The position numbers were made by a program, and so were the translations under genes. The notes beneath the pieces were generated by a model. It searched no databases, had not been told where the DNA came from, and saw only the letters and a list, made by a program, of their open reading frames with translations. This document shows positions 6,586-15,735 of a stretch of DNA of 20,000 nt, piece by piece (within the stretch, counting starts at the first letter, position 1; the number at the start of each line of letters is the position of its first letter). Source of the DNA: an uncultured virus (IMG/VR IMGVR_UViG_3300050821_002105) (Duplodnaviria > Heunggongvirae > Uroviricota > Caudoviricetes); the IMG/VR virus record IMGVR_UViG_3300050821_002105; one strand, given 5' to 3'.

Positions 6586-7053
6586 GTGGCGAAGCCGCTT
6601 ACATCTAAGCAGCGTGCAGCCGATCTAGCCAACTTAGCGAAAGCCCGTGCTGCACTTCGAACGAAGCCTCGGACACCGGCTCAGGTAGCCGCTTCAGCTA
6701 AGAATCTAACGCTGTCCAGAACGCGAGTACGCAGCACCAAGTCGGTTGCATCCGCTGCCGCTAGGCGTCACGTTAGTTCTGCTGGTATGTCCCGCTACGG
6801 CGGTGTTTTGGGACGCGCTCCTATCGGTGGGCGTCACGTTACCGACACTTTAACTGTTTCCTTCGCCCACCGTAAGCCTACTGGAATCAACAAGAAGTTC
6901 CAGAAGCGCATCTCTTCTACGATCTACGACCAGAGGGGCAAGTGGGAAGCAAGCAGAGTCCACCACTTCAAGAAGCGTCTACGCCAGCGCAAGCCGCGCC
7001 GTTCGCATCTGAAGCATTGGCGCACAAGACGCCGCAGTATCGGCCCGAAGTAA
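6586..7053 (+). CDS. Highly basic Arg/Lys-rich protein, possibly nucleic-acid binding
   Basis: 155 aa with about 40 R+K versus 4 D+E; GTG start directly after the previous stop, with AAGGAAG upstream. Confidence 0.7.
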   Translation: MAKPLTSKQRAADLANLAKARAALRTKPRTPAQVAASAKNLTLSRTRVRSTKSVASAAARRHVSSAGMSRYGGVLGRAPIGGRHVTDTLTVSFAHRKPTGINKKFQKRISSTIYDQRGKWEASRVHHFKKRLRQRKPRRSHLKHWRTRRRSIGPK

Positions 7054-7925
7054 CAGAAGCATTCGCTCATGGCTACTCGGAATGGTTTGCTTTCCCATCT
7101 CCGAGAGCCAAGCGAGAGCATGATTTTTTGCTTGGTTATCCCGTTCCACCTGGGTTTGTAGAAGCCCGCGGCGGGATGCATGGCCTTGTAGACAAGCTCT
7201 ACATGCGTAAAGATCACATTGAGCATTCTTTATTCTTAGCTATCATAGCTTGGTGTAAGAAGTTCTCTACGGTTGTCAACGCTGCCGTGCTAGAGAAGAT
7301 TCTACGGGATGACTCAGAGAAGGACAAGAAGGGTTCAGCCTTAGCGTCCCTGACGGCCACCCTCAGTCACGAACCGACGCTCAGCAGACAACTTAGAGGG
7401 ATTCTCTCTTCTCATGCTGCCACAGCAGCAGCAGAGGGCACTGTAGCCGCTGGAGCGGTCATTAACAAGAAGGCTGGGGTCGCTGTCCCAGACCTAGACG
7501 ATCAGTACAAGAAAGAGCACACAGCGGTTGTCAAGTCTGGTGTCCACACAAACGGAGTGGATGCTACGGCTACCTTAGTGCTTTCAGGAATAGCGGGCGA
7601 TCTCGCTCGCCAGATTCCAGGCCAAAAATACGACGGCCAGACGAGCGACAACATTCAAGGCTCTGTAAGCGCTGTAGTAGCGGCTGGACTCGGGGCGTCC
7701 CTATATGCCGAGATGGCTACGCACAGCATCTACGCCGCCGCCCAACTACAACAGATAGCCGATGCTGGCGAACGAGTGGACTTTATCACAGTAGGTGATG
7801 GCCGGGTTTGCCAGGATTGCGAAGATGCTGAAGCTGGAAGTCCGTACACCATAGACGCCGCTCCTTCTATCCCACAGCATGTGGGATGCCGCTGTTGGTA
7901 CGGAGCAGCAGGCGCAATTAGTTAG
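6942..7925 (+). CDS. MuF / SPP1 gp7-like minor head morphogenesis protein
   Basis: C-terminal motif DGRVCQDC...IPQHVGCRC; lies between portal and protease; GTG start with a GAGGGG RBS. Confidence 0.85.
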   Translation: MGSKQSPPLQEASTPAQAAPFASEALAHKTPQYRPEVTEAFAHGYSEWFAFPSPRAKREHDFLLGYPVPPGFVEARGGMHGLVDKLYMRKDHIEHSLFLAIIAWCKKFSTVVNAAVLEKILRDDSEKDKKGSALASLTATLSHEPTLSRQLRGILSSHAATAAAEGTVAAGAVINKKAGVAVPDLDDQYKKEHTAVVKSGVHTNGVDATATLVLSGIAGDLARQIPGQKYDGQTSDNIQGSVSAVVAAGLGASLYAEMATHSIYAAAQLQQIADAGERVDFITVGDGRVCQDCEDAEAGSPYTIDAAPSIPQHVGCRCWYGAAGAIS

Positions 7926-7936
7926 GAGTTGTTTAG

Positions 7937-9718
7937 ATGGGCAAGGCTCGCGTAGCGACCATTAAGGGAACCTTCCTTGTTCCCACAGTAAGCAAGAATC
8001 GCAGAATGTATACAGTGGAGAATATCGGTAACGCCGTTTCCCGTATGCAGAAGCGCTTGACCGGGAACGACGGATTACCGTTGACGATGTTCCCCTCTCA
8101 CAGCACGGCAGATACCGACAACGCCTTGATGACCATCGGCAAGATTACTAAGGTGGCGCAAGAAGCGGATGGTTCCGCTACCTTCGAGGCAGACATTGCA
8201 GACACTACTGCTGGTCGCGATATGGCAACCTTGGTTGATCCAAGCAACCCATTCGTGAAGGGTCTTTCGATCCGCGGCGCGTGGATGGCTGAACCTAAGA
8301 CAGTCGAAGCAGAAGACGGCAAGGATGCTACTACGGCGTCTGATCTTGATGTGTTCGGCATTGACTGGACCGGTCGCCCTGGAGTTGAAGGTGCTCAGAT
8401 CACTGACGCCAAGCTCTACGAATCCGTTGGTCTTCCTGTATACGATGGTTTCATCTTCGAGTCCGCAGACGGCGAGGCTTTCTTTGATGAGGCGACCGAA
8501 GAGGATGACCACAAAAATCGCAACCTTTCTGAAGTAGCTGACGCTCTGCGTAACGCAGCCGATCTGCTTTCCGAAGCGGGGGATGCCCCAGGCGACGGCA
8601 GCAAGCCATACGGTAATGTGACTTACGCCGACCCCGGCTATCAGAAGGACAAGAAGAAGCGCTATCCGATGGATACCGCTGCTCACGTCCGCGCTGCATG
8701 GGCTTACATCAGTAAGGCTAAGAACGCTGGAGCGTATACCGCTCAGCAGCTTGCTCGCGTTAAGAGCAAGATCAAGTCTGCCGCTGGCAAGTTCAAGATA
8801 GACATCAGTGAAGACGTTACAATGCTTCCTCTTCAAGAAGCAATGGAAGTCTATGAGGCTTACGCTTCGATGTGCATCTACAATGCCGATGGAAACATTA
8901 GCGCAAGTGGTTCCGCTGATGCGGATGAGATCCAGAACCTTGCACGTCGCATCGCTTTTGCAGCAATCTCTGGTATCAACGCTCTAGATCCTGATAACGA
9001 CGACGACATTGACCTGACGGCGCCATCAGGAGAAGCAGCACCAGTCCCAGATGACAACAATATGGAAGGTTCCCAGGTGTGCCCTGAGTGCTCCGAAGCG
9101 GACATTCCACCAAACTTTATGTTCTGCCCTCAGTGTGGAGCATCCTTAGCAAATGATGAGTCTTCAGAGGAAGAGTCCGAAGAAGAAACCACTAATACAG
9201 AGAGTGAGGAAGCCATCGTGGCTGACGAAACTACAACTACAGAGGCAGAGACGACAGAAGAGTCGGCTTCAACCTCAGAGACGCCAGCCGCAGCGCCAGC
9301 TATCACAATGACTGCTGACCAACTGACGGCTCTTGTAACTGGTGCTGTTGAAGCAGCGGTAAAGGCTGCTACGCCTGCTCCCGTTACTGAGACTGAGCCA
9401 CAGGAAAGCGCAGAAGAGGCAGCCCTAAAGGCGCTTGTTGCGTCTATCCGTGAGGAAGAGAAGACAAGGGCAGACAACGAGGCACTGGAGGCCGTTCGTG
9501 CCGCTGGCCTTGTTCCTGGTCCTTCCGGTCTACAGGCTGGCGCACGCGCTGGTCAGTTCTCAACTCCAGTGGCCGAGGCAGGCAAGATCCCTTCCGCTCA
9601 GGAGCTATCTGAGATGAGCGAAGAGGATTACCTAGCCAACACATATGAGGCGCTTGCGGCTCACCCAGGTTGGTCACGTCTGATGAACCGTGCTGATGCA
9701 CACGCTCGCGGCTTCTAA
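7937..9718 (+). CDS. Prohead protease fused to an accessory domain, a Zn ribbon and a scaffold-like acidic C-terminus
   Basis: N-terminal protease-like motifs SKNRRMYT, SH, GLSIRG and IDWTGRPGV; AGGAG RBS; PYGNVTYADPG domain; CPEC/CPQC; E/T/A-rich tail; located directly upstream of the capsid gene. Confidence 0.85.
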   Translation: MGKARVATIKGTFLVPTVSKNRRMYTVENIGNAVSRMQKRLTGNDGLPLTMFPSHSTADTDNALMTIGKITKVAQEADGSATFEADIADTTAGRDMATLVDPSNPFVKGLSIRGAWMAEPKTVEAEDGKDATTASDLDVFGIDWTGRPGVEGAQITDAKLYESVGLPVYDGFIFESADGEAFFDEATEEDDHKNRNLSEVADALRNAADLLSEAGDAPGDGSKPYGNVTYADPGYQKDKKKRYPMDTAAHVRAAWAYISKAKNAGAYTAQQLARVKSKIKSAAGKFKIDISEDVTMLPLQEAMEVYEAYASMCIYNADGNISASGSADADEIQNLARRIAFAAISGINALDPDNDDDIDLTAPSGEAAPVPDDNNMEGSQVCPECSEADIPPNFMFCPQCGASLANDESSEEESEEETTNTESEEAIVADETTTTEAETTEESASTSETPAAAPAITMTADQLTALVTGAVEAAVKAATPAPVTETEPQESAEEAALKALVASIREEEKTRADNEALEAVRAAGLVPGPSGLQAGARAGQFSTPVAEAGKIPSAQELSEMSEEDYLANTYEALAAHPGWSRLMNRADAHARGF

Positions 9719-9766
9719 GTAACACTTTCCATACATTCCTCCGATTCTTGAAAGGATCACTCCCTA

Positions 9767-11161
9767 ATGGCTACCCCTCTTGAAGAGGCGCTTACAGCGG
9801 TAGGCGCACAAGCGCTTATCCAGAAGCGTATTGACCCTAACTTGCTGGAGTACCAGCGCCGTTACGCTCCACTTGTGCGTACACTGCCTACTACACCTTG
9901 GAACTCCACGGTGTACTACTTCAACAACCGCACGCAGCAGCCTTCCGGTGGTTTCGTAACTGACGGTGGCGCACGCGCTGTGACCACTTCGACGTACAAC
10001 CAGAACCTATACCCAATCAAGCTCTTGCAGGTTGTGGGTGCAGTGACTGGTTACGCTCAGGCTGTGACCGCAGACCTGATCGGCAACTTGCGCGCCAAGG
10101 AAATCATGGGCGCCGCAAAGCGTCTGTACTGGTCGGTTGAGAACGCTATCTGCTGGGGCAACGCTACCGCTACCGCTGGTGGCCCATACCCTCAGTTCGA
10201 CGGCCTTGACACCATCGCTAACGTTTACTCCGGTTCGACGCAGAACGCCATCAACTTCCAGGGTGGCGCATTCGACCTGGGTGCTCTTGACCAACTGATT
10301 GACCTGGTTGAGAACAACGTTTCCGAGGATGTTTGCAACAGCGAGTGGATGTTCGTCCTTTCGCCAACCGCTGTTAGCCGTCTGGCTCAGTTGTTCACCA
10401 ACCAGCAACGCTTCGTTGACGAGGTTGAGGTTGCAACTGGTCTGATCGTTCCTTCCTACCGTAACGTTCCACTTGTGAAGACGAACTTCTTGTCTCCACG
10501 CGGTTCTGCTATGAGCGCCATCACGGCTGCTGGAGTTAGCTCCGGTGGTGCGCTGGCGAACGGCACCTACTACTACTACGTTTCGTTCATTGTGGACGTG
10601 AACGGTGAGTCTCAGGTGCAGCAGCTAGAGGTTAACGCCTCCGTTACTGGCAACGGTGTCATCACGCTGTCCTTCACGCCTCCTACCGGCTTCGAAAATG
10701 GTGTGCCTCTGTCCTACAAGGTTTACCGTGGCACGTCGTCCGGTGCGGAGTCTCTGCTTGGATACGTTGATGCTAACGTTAGCCCAACTCAGGGTCAGGC
10801 TCAGCCTTCTGACATCGTTCAGGCAAACCAGATCATCGACAACGGTGTAACGCTGATTCCTCAGTACAGCGTTGGAAGCGTGCAGAATGCCTCTAACCCG
10901 GCTACCTACGCTGCGATTGGTGAGAACTCCAATGAGTTCCCTCTAAACACCAACTCGGGTCAGAAGGTATACCTGATCGCACGCAACTCGGACTACATCA
11001 TGCGTCCTTACGTTCGTGAGTTCACGCCAGTTGACGTGTACCCAACCACTGCTTCGCCTGACTCGTTGCCATTCGCAACGGTAACGGACACCACGCTTGC
11101 CGTGCGTGCTCCTAAGTACATGGGCAAGCTGGCTAACACCACCGTAAGCCTGTCCAGCTAA
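9767..11161 (+). CDS. Major capsid protein with an inserted beta-rich (Ig/FN3-like) domain
   Basis: Follows protease-scaffold; AAAGGA RBS; capsid-like motifs ENAICWG...QFDGL and LDQLID; strong codon bias; followed by a strong hairpin. Confidence 0.88.
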   Translation: MATPLEEALTAVGAQALIQKRIDPNLLEYQRRYAPLVRTLPTTPWNSTVYYFNNRTQQPSGGFVTDGGARAVTTSTYNQNLYPIKLLQVVGAVTGYAQAVTADLIGNLRAKEIMGAAKRLYWSVENAICWGNATATAGGPYPQFDGLDTIANVYSGSTQNAINFQGGAFDLGALDQLIDLVENNVSEDVCNSEWMFVLSPTAVSRLAQLFTNQQRFVDEVEVATGLIVPSYRNVPLVKTNFLSPRGSAMSAITAAGVSSGGALANGTYYYYVSFIVDVNGESQVQQLEVNASVTGNGVITLSFTPPTGFENGVPLSYKVYRGTSSGAESLLGYVDANVSPTQGQAQPSDIVQANQIIDNGVTLIPQYSVGSVQNASNPATYAAIGENSNEFPLNTNSGQKVYLIARNSDYIMRPYVREFTPVDVYPTTASPDSLPFATVTDTTLAVRAPKYMGKLANTTVSLSS

Positions 11162-11174
11162 GGCTGACGACACT

Positions 11175-11231
11175 TTCTGGGACAGGGGTAGAGCGTAGCC
11201 GTTCCTCCGACCCTCTACCCCTGTCCTGGAA
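11175..11231 (+). promoter_or_regulatory. Long RNA hairpin after the capsid gene (terminator, processing site or switch)
   Basis: Perfect 14-bp stem GGACAGGGGTAGAG (11180-11193) / CTCTACCCCTGTCC (11213-11226), extendable to ~19 bp; 19-nt loop; followed by TTTATT. Confidence 0.85.
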
Positions 11232-11250
11232 TTTATTGGAGGAACAATAA

Positions 11251-11568
11251 ATGAGCGACAAAGTACAGTTAACAAGCGCTGGTGCCCCAAATGGCATTGA
11301 CGAGTATCACTGGGAACACACGGATTCGGTTGTGGCTGTTCCCCAGGAAGTAGCAGTGCAACTGTTGCGTATTCCAGGTGGCGGCTATGCTGTAGTTGAA
11401 GCATACAAGGCACTTCCGGTTCCATCTGCACCACCGGCTTTTGCACAAAAGGCTGAAGCACCGGCAAAGAAGGCACCGGGTCGCCCCAAGAAGGCCGCTG
11501 CATCCCCAGAAGAAGACAAGCCATCGTTGGTGGCAGCGCTGGGGTTGGTAGAGAACAAGGCAGGATAG
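11251..11568 (+). CDS. Small hypothetical virion-associated protein
   Basis: GGAGGA RBS; Ala/Pro/Lys-rich C-terminus with KKAPGRPKK; post-capsid position. Confidence 0.8.
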   Translation: MSDKVQLTSAGAPNGIDEYHWEHTDSVVAVPQEVAVQLLRIPGGGYAVVEAYKALPVPSAPPAFAQKAEAPAKKAPGRPKKAAASPEEDKPSLVAALGLVENKAG

Positions 11569-11586
11569 CGATAGAGAGGCTGAGCG

Positions 11587-12288
11587 GTGACTGAACCAGA
11601 GATTACTCAGGATCTAGACTATCAGATTCCTGGTGCGCTCACTACCGTTGGTCGATTTATGCGACGTTATCCAGAGATAGCCAAGCAGCGCGATCCGATT
11701 GTTATCGAAGAAACGCTGATTGAAGCTACGGCGGATCTGGAGTCTATGACTTCACGCCGCCTGGTACCATTTAACAACATAGTATACGAGGATATGCTGA
11801 ACGGCATTGATCCGAACGAATACGGTGACGCCAACACTAGTATGCCATTGAGCATCTATGGCTCGCTGGGCATCTCGTTCGCCAATGCTATAGGTGCCGA
11901 CGACCTGGTACGTCACTTCTTCTTGGATCACTATGCTCCACTCTACTCTGAGCTATGGACATACGATATCCAGTCTATGGAGATATTCCTAACCTACGGC
12001 AACTCTCAGCCCATCGACTTTGTTGGTGGAGGGATTGTCGGTCCTGAGATTAACTCAGGTCACTGCTGGTTGCGACTTGGCACGTTCTCTCCTGAGGGCA
12101 CGCGCATTAAGGTTGTCTACAGCGGTGGCTACACGGTGGGTATTCCACCTGACCTACAGCGCGCCTGCCTGATGCAAGCCGCTAAGCTATTTGCCATCGA
12201 CGGTACTATCGTTATGCGTGACGGTGTAAACCTGAACGAAGTTAGCGACACCATCGACCGTGCCTTGGCTCCTTGGATGAGGTACTAG
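11587..12288 (+). CDS. Head-to-tail adaptor / head completion protein
   Basis: GAGG RBS; motifs LIEATADLESMTSR and IKVVYSGGY..IPPDLQRACL; synteny. Confidence 0.8.
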   Translation: MTEPEITQDLDYQIPGALTTVGRFMRRYPEIAKQRDPIVIEETLIEATADLESMTSRRLVPFNNIVYEDMLNGIDPNEYGDANTSMPLSIYGSLGISFANAIGADDLVRHFFLDHYAPLYSELWTYDIQSMEIFLTYGNSQPIDFVGGGIVGPEINSGHCWLRLGTFSPEGTRIKVVYSGGYTVGIPPDLQRACLMQAAKLFAIDGTIVMRDGVNLNEVSDTIDRALAPWMRY

Positions 12289-12764
12289 TGGGTGTTGAAA
12301 TACTTCCTGGCACGGACGCCTTTCAACTACACCTAAAGGAAATAGAGGCTAGGGCATTAGACTTTATGCCCGCCATGCCAGCGATGGCTGAAGTTTTCTA
12401 TCAAGCCGAGAAGCAAGTCTTTGCCGAAGAGGGTCCGAGTTGGGCGCCTCTTGCTGATTCTACGATCATTCGCAAGCAAGGCTTGTCTGACGAGATGATG
12501 GTTCGTGGGGACATAGGCAGCGAAGGTCTGAAGCAAAGCCTGACTTCGCACTCTGCCCACTCTGTTTACCGTGCGACTCCACTCTCCTTGGACATTGGCA
12601 CAAGTGTTTCGTATGCAGCCTTCCACCAGGAAGGTGCCGAGGGTTTCTCCCCTATCAGAAAGATCGTTCCAGGGATTTCGTCTTCGAATGGCTTCTACAT
12701 GGTTGCCACTTGGTTCGAGATTCTTCAGAACTACTTAGTCCACGGAATTGCCGGTAAGTTATAA
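12288..12764 (+). CDS. Virion morphogenesis / neck protein (Mu gpG-like)
   Basis: Motifs WAPLADSTIIRK and GTSVSYAAFHQEG. The start is probably GTG 12288, overlapping the upstream stop (the track start is 12273). Confidence 0.8.
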   Translation: MGVEILPGTDAFQLHLKEIEARALDFMPAMPAMAEVFYQAEKQVFAEEGPSWAPLADSTIIRKQGLSDEMMVRGDIGSEGLKQSLTSHSAHSVYRATPLSLDIGTSVSYAAFHQEGAEGFSPIRKIVPGISSSNGFYMVATWFEILQNYLVHGIAGKL

Positions 12765-13477
12765 TGCCTGGATTCCCAGACCCAACTACACCTTGGTGGC
12801 AGGATTGGGGGCTGAGCTACGTTGGTGATCCCTACGGTCCTATCCTTGGTGGACACTCCGTACAAATCGCAACGCTCCGCACCCTAAGAAAGTGGCTGCC
12901 GGTCTACATCAAAGACGTGAATCGCCAGCTTGGCGGCAACGTTCTCAGGATAGTCGAAGATTCTTTCCACCCATTTGAGGATCGCGTCTGGAGTACAGAC
13001 GAAGATGTTCAGATAGACGTGATCGTACCAGGAACAACAGGCAAGCCCGCATTGTTCACCAATGGCGGCTACCAGTCCTGTTGGAAGATGGAGATCCACA
13101 TAAACGTCTATGCGGGATCAGACTGGCAAGAGACGTTAGCGTTAACCTACGCTTACGCAGCCGTCGCTCGTGCAGCAATCATTCAACACCGCGACCTAGA
13201 AGGGTTCTCCCAGACCACCATGTGGACCGGCGAGCAATACTTCAAAGGCAAGGATACCGGCGATAGATATGTCGGTATGGCTACCGTAGGTTTCGAAGTC
13301 ACGGTTTCCACAACCGTTGATCCATTTGCCGGTCCACCAGCGCCTCAGTTCGCTGCGGAGGGAACGCCGACCGAGCCATCATTGCTTCCGTTGCCGCCTT
13401 TCCCAGAAGTGCTCCAGACCGACGTTTCGGTTGAGCAGCAGGCGCTAACCAATCCGAACGGAAGCCCCACTCAATGA
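12764..13477 (+). CDS. Putative tail terminator / tail completion protein
   Basis: TAATG coupling to the previous gene; position between neck and sheath genes; function from synteny only. Confidence 0.65.
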   Translation: MPGFPDPTTPWWQDWGLSYVGDPYGPILGGHSVQIATLRTLRKWLPVYIKDVNRQLGGNVLRIVEDSFHPFEDRVWSTDEDVQIDVIVPGTTGKPALFTNGGYQSCWKMEIHINVYAGSDWQETLALTYAYAAVARAAIIQHRDLEGFSQTTMWTGEQYFKGKDTGDRYVGMATVGFEVTVSTTVDPFAGPPAPQFAAEGTPTEPSLLPLPPFPEVLQTDVSVEQQALTNPNGSPTQ

Positions 13478-13701
13478 GCAAAATCACAGTAGTTGCACAA
13501 GCTCCTTATCCCATTCCGGTGGACGACGGACGCCATCTAGTGCCAGGAGAGATTGCCAAAGTTGAGCACACTCCAGAAGTAGACAGCCAGATTACTCTTG
13601 GCTTCCTTCGTGTTGTGCCCGACAAAATTGAAGAACCAGAACAACCTACAATCCGCAAGCCGAGGGCTAACGCCCGTGACGAGAATCAGGAAACCACATG
13701 A
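13474..13701 (+). CDS. Small hypothetical protein preceding the sheath gene
   Basis: ATGA overlaps at both ends. Confidence 0.75.
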   Translation: MSKITVVAQAPYPIPVDDGRHLVPGEIAKVEHTPEVDSQITLGFLRVVPDKIEEPEQPTIRKPRANARDENQETT

Positions 13702-15245
13702 CCATCGTAAACAGTGAGGCACCCGGCGTATACGTTAACGTTATAGCCGCACCACCATCTCCGAACGGGAACGCTCCTACCGGTACATGGTTTGTGACAG
13801 GTCAGCCAGCACAGGGTCCAACCGGCCTAGCTGTCCCTGTTACATCCATGACTGACTACGCTAACTTCCTGGGTGCTCGTACATCTCAGGCATCCACGAT
13901 CTATGACTCGCTAGACGAGTTTTTCCATGACGGTGGCGTTCTTGCATACGTTTCCCGTATCGTCGGGCCATCTGCTGTACCGGCTACCGTGACTCTGAGC
14001 GACACGGGATCTCCCTCTCCAGCGGCTACCCTGACGATCACCGCTAACGGAGCAGGAACCTGGGCCAACTACAGCAACCCTTCCAGCGGACCGATTGGTG
14101 TGCAGGTTGTGGTTGCAGCAGGCACCGTGAGTGGTAGCTACACAATCGCCATTGTGAACAATGGAACCACTGTAGCAAAGTCGCCCAACCTATTCGTTCC
14201 TCAGGACGCGATCACATGGGCGTCTTCTCTGGCTCCTTGGCAGGTTCTCGTAACTATCACCAACAATGGTTCGGCTACTGCACCACCAAACAACAACCCA
14301 GCTACCGGAACCTTCCCGCTGAGCGGTGGAGTTGATGACTTCGCTGGCGTGAGCGAGACTCAGTGGACGAATGCCCTATCAGCTTTCACCGCCAGCTTTG
14401 GCCCAGGACAGGTGTCTGCTCCTGGTCACACCACGGCGCCTGGCTACACCAATCTTAACGCACACGCTATTGCATTCAACCGCGTGCCCCTCCTGGATGT
14501 AGCCGACAATAGTTCTGCTGGACCGCTCCTAAGTCAGTCTTCTACCTTCCAGGGTAGTGCTCAGAATCCATCTTACGGTGCGTTCTTCGCTCCTTGGGTG
14601 CAGATCCCTGGCATCTTCCCAACCAACCCAGCCGCTAACTCGCCCATTCCTCTGCGTACCGTGCCACCTTCAGCGCTAGCCGCTGCCCTGATGGCACGCA
14701 ATGACCAGACGAATGACGCCAACTCTCCTGCTGCCGGTCCTAATGGACAGAGCACCTACGCCGTAGGCGTGACGCACCAGTACGTTGCGAGCGATCTTGC
14801 CAACCTGAATGGTGCGGGGATTAACGTTATCCGTCCGATCCAAAATACTGTCACGCTATATGGTTACCGCTCTACCTCTACTGATCCGAACTGGGTCTAC
14901 CTGAACAATGTTCGCTTCCGTATGCAGGTTGTGAACGACTTCCAGATCATTGGTGAAGAGTTTATCTTCGAAGAGATCGACGGTCAGGGTCACTTGTTCT
15001 CGGCCTTCAATGGCGCCCTAGCTGGTAAGTGCCAGTCATACTGGACTAACGGCAGCCTGTACGGCACCACACCGGCTCAGGCGTTCCAGATCAACACCGG
15101 ACCACAGGTTAACACGCCGAACACGATTCAGGCGGGACAGCTTAACGCAGAATGTCTCTTGCACATGAGCGCGTTCGGTGAGTTCGTAACTGTCAACGTA
15201 ACGAAGTACCTGTTGACCAACGCCTTCCCCGGCCAAACTCAGTAG
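13698..15245 (+). CDS. Contractile tail sheath protein
   Basis: N-terminal PGVYV and FFHDGG..AYVSRI; C-terminal PPSA, LNGAGINVIR, YGYRS, WVYLNNVR and FIFEEID. Confidence 0.93.
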   Translation: MTIVNSEAPGVYVNVIAAPPSPNGNAPTGTWFVTGQPAQGPTGLAVPVTSMTDYANFLGARTSQASTIYDSLDEFFHDGGVLAYVSRIVGPSAVPATVTLSDTGSPSPAATLTITANGAGTWANYSNPSSGPIGVQVVVAAGTVSGSYTIAIVNNGTTVAKSPNLFVPQDAITWASSLAPWQVLVTITNNGSATAPPNNNPATGTFPLSGGVDDFAGVSETQWTNALSAFTASFGPGQVSAPGHTTAPGYTNLNAHAIAFNRVPLLDVADNSSAGPLLSQSSTFQGSAQNPSYGAFFAPWVQIPGIFPTNPAANSPIPLRTVPPSALAAALMARNDQTNDANSPAAGPNGQSTYAVGVTHQYVASDLANLNGAGINVIRPIQNTVTLYGYRSTSTDPNWVYLNNVRFRMQVVNDFQIIGEEFIFEEIDGQGHLFSAFNGALAGKCQSYWTNGSLYGTTPAQAFQINTGPQVNTPNTIQAGQLNAECLLHMSAFGEFVTVNVTKYLLTNAFPGQTQ

Positions 15246-15264
15246 TCTAAGAAAGAGATAATAC

Positions 15265-15705
15265 ATGGCTAATCCAAGTTCTTCTTCCATTGGGAACGCT
15301 ACTGAGCAGCAGTTCCTACCTAGCATCTCTATTGATGGCTATGGCAACCTGGGGACATATGACAAGTGGAGTGGTGGTGATGTAACCGCTACGATCACTA
15401 AGTATCGTCCGGGTGGCATGGGTCCAGAAATCACCTATCCATCGCTTTCCATCATTGGAGATGTGACGGTCAGCCGCGTGTTCGTGACTGAGAGAGATGC
15501 TGCGCTTGTAGCCGCTCTCCAGCCACAAGCCGGTCTGGTCTACGGAACCATCACGCTTCAGCCGTTAGATGCCACAGGGAATGCCCTGGGCAACCCCACG
15601 ACATACCGTGGTCGTCTGGCTGCCGTGAAGCCGGGTAACACCGACTCCACAAGCTCTGCCCCTCGTATGTATGACCTAATGTTTGCTATTGAAACGGTAA
15701 ATTAA
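15265..15705 (+). CDS. Tail tube protein
   Basis: 146 aa directly after the sheath gene; motifs YRPGGM and GDVTVSR. Confidence 0.85.
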   Translation: MANPSSSSIGNATEQQFLPSISIDGYGNLGTYDKWSGGDVTATITKYRPGGMGPEITYPSLSIIGDVTVSRVFVTERDAALVAALQPQAGLVYGTITLQPLDATGNALGNPTTYRGRLAAVKPGNTDSTSSAPRMYDLMFAIETVN

Positions 15706-15735
15706 ACCGCAACACCGTTGGAGGAACAACACTAA

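Noticed and set aside
8075..8836. 253-aa antisense ORF and other minus-strand ORFs across the structural operon
   Set aside because: Shadow ORFs opposite well-supported genes, explained by codon bias.
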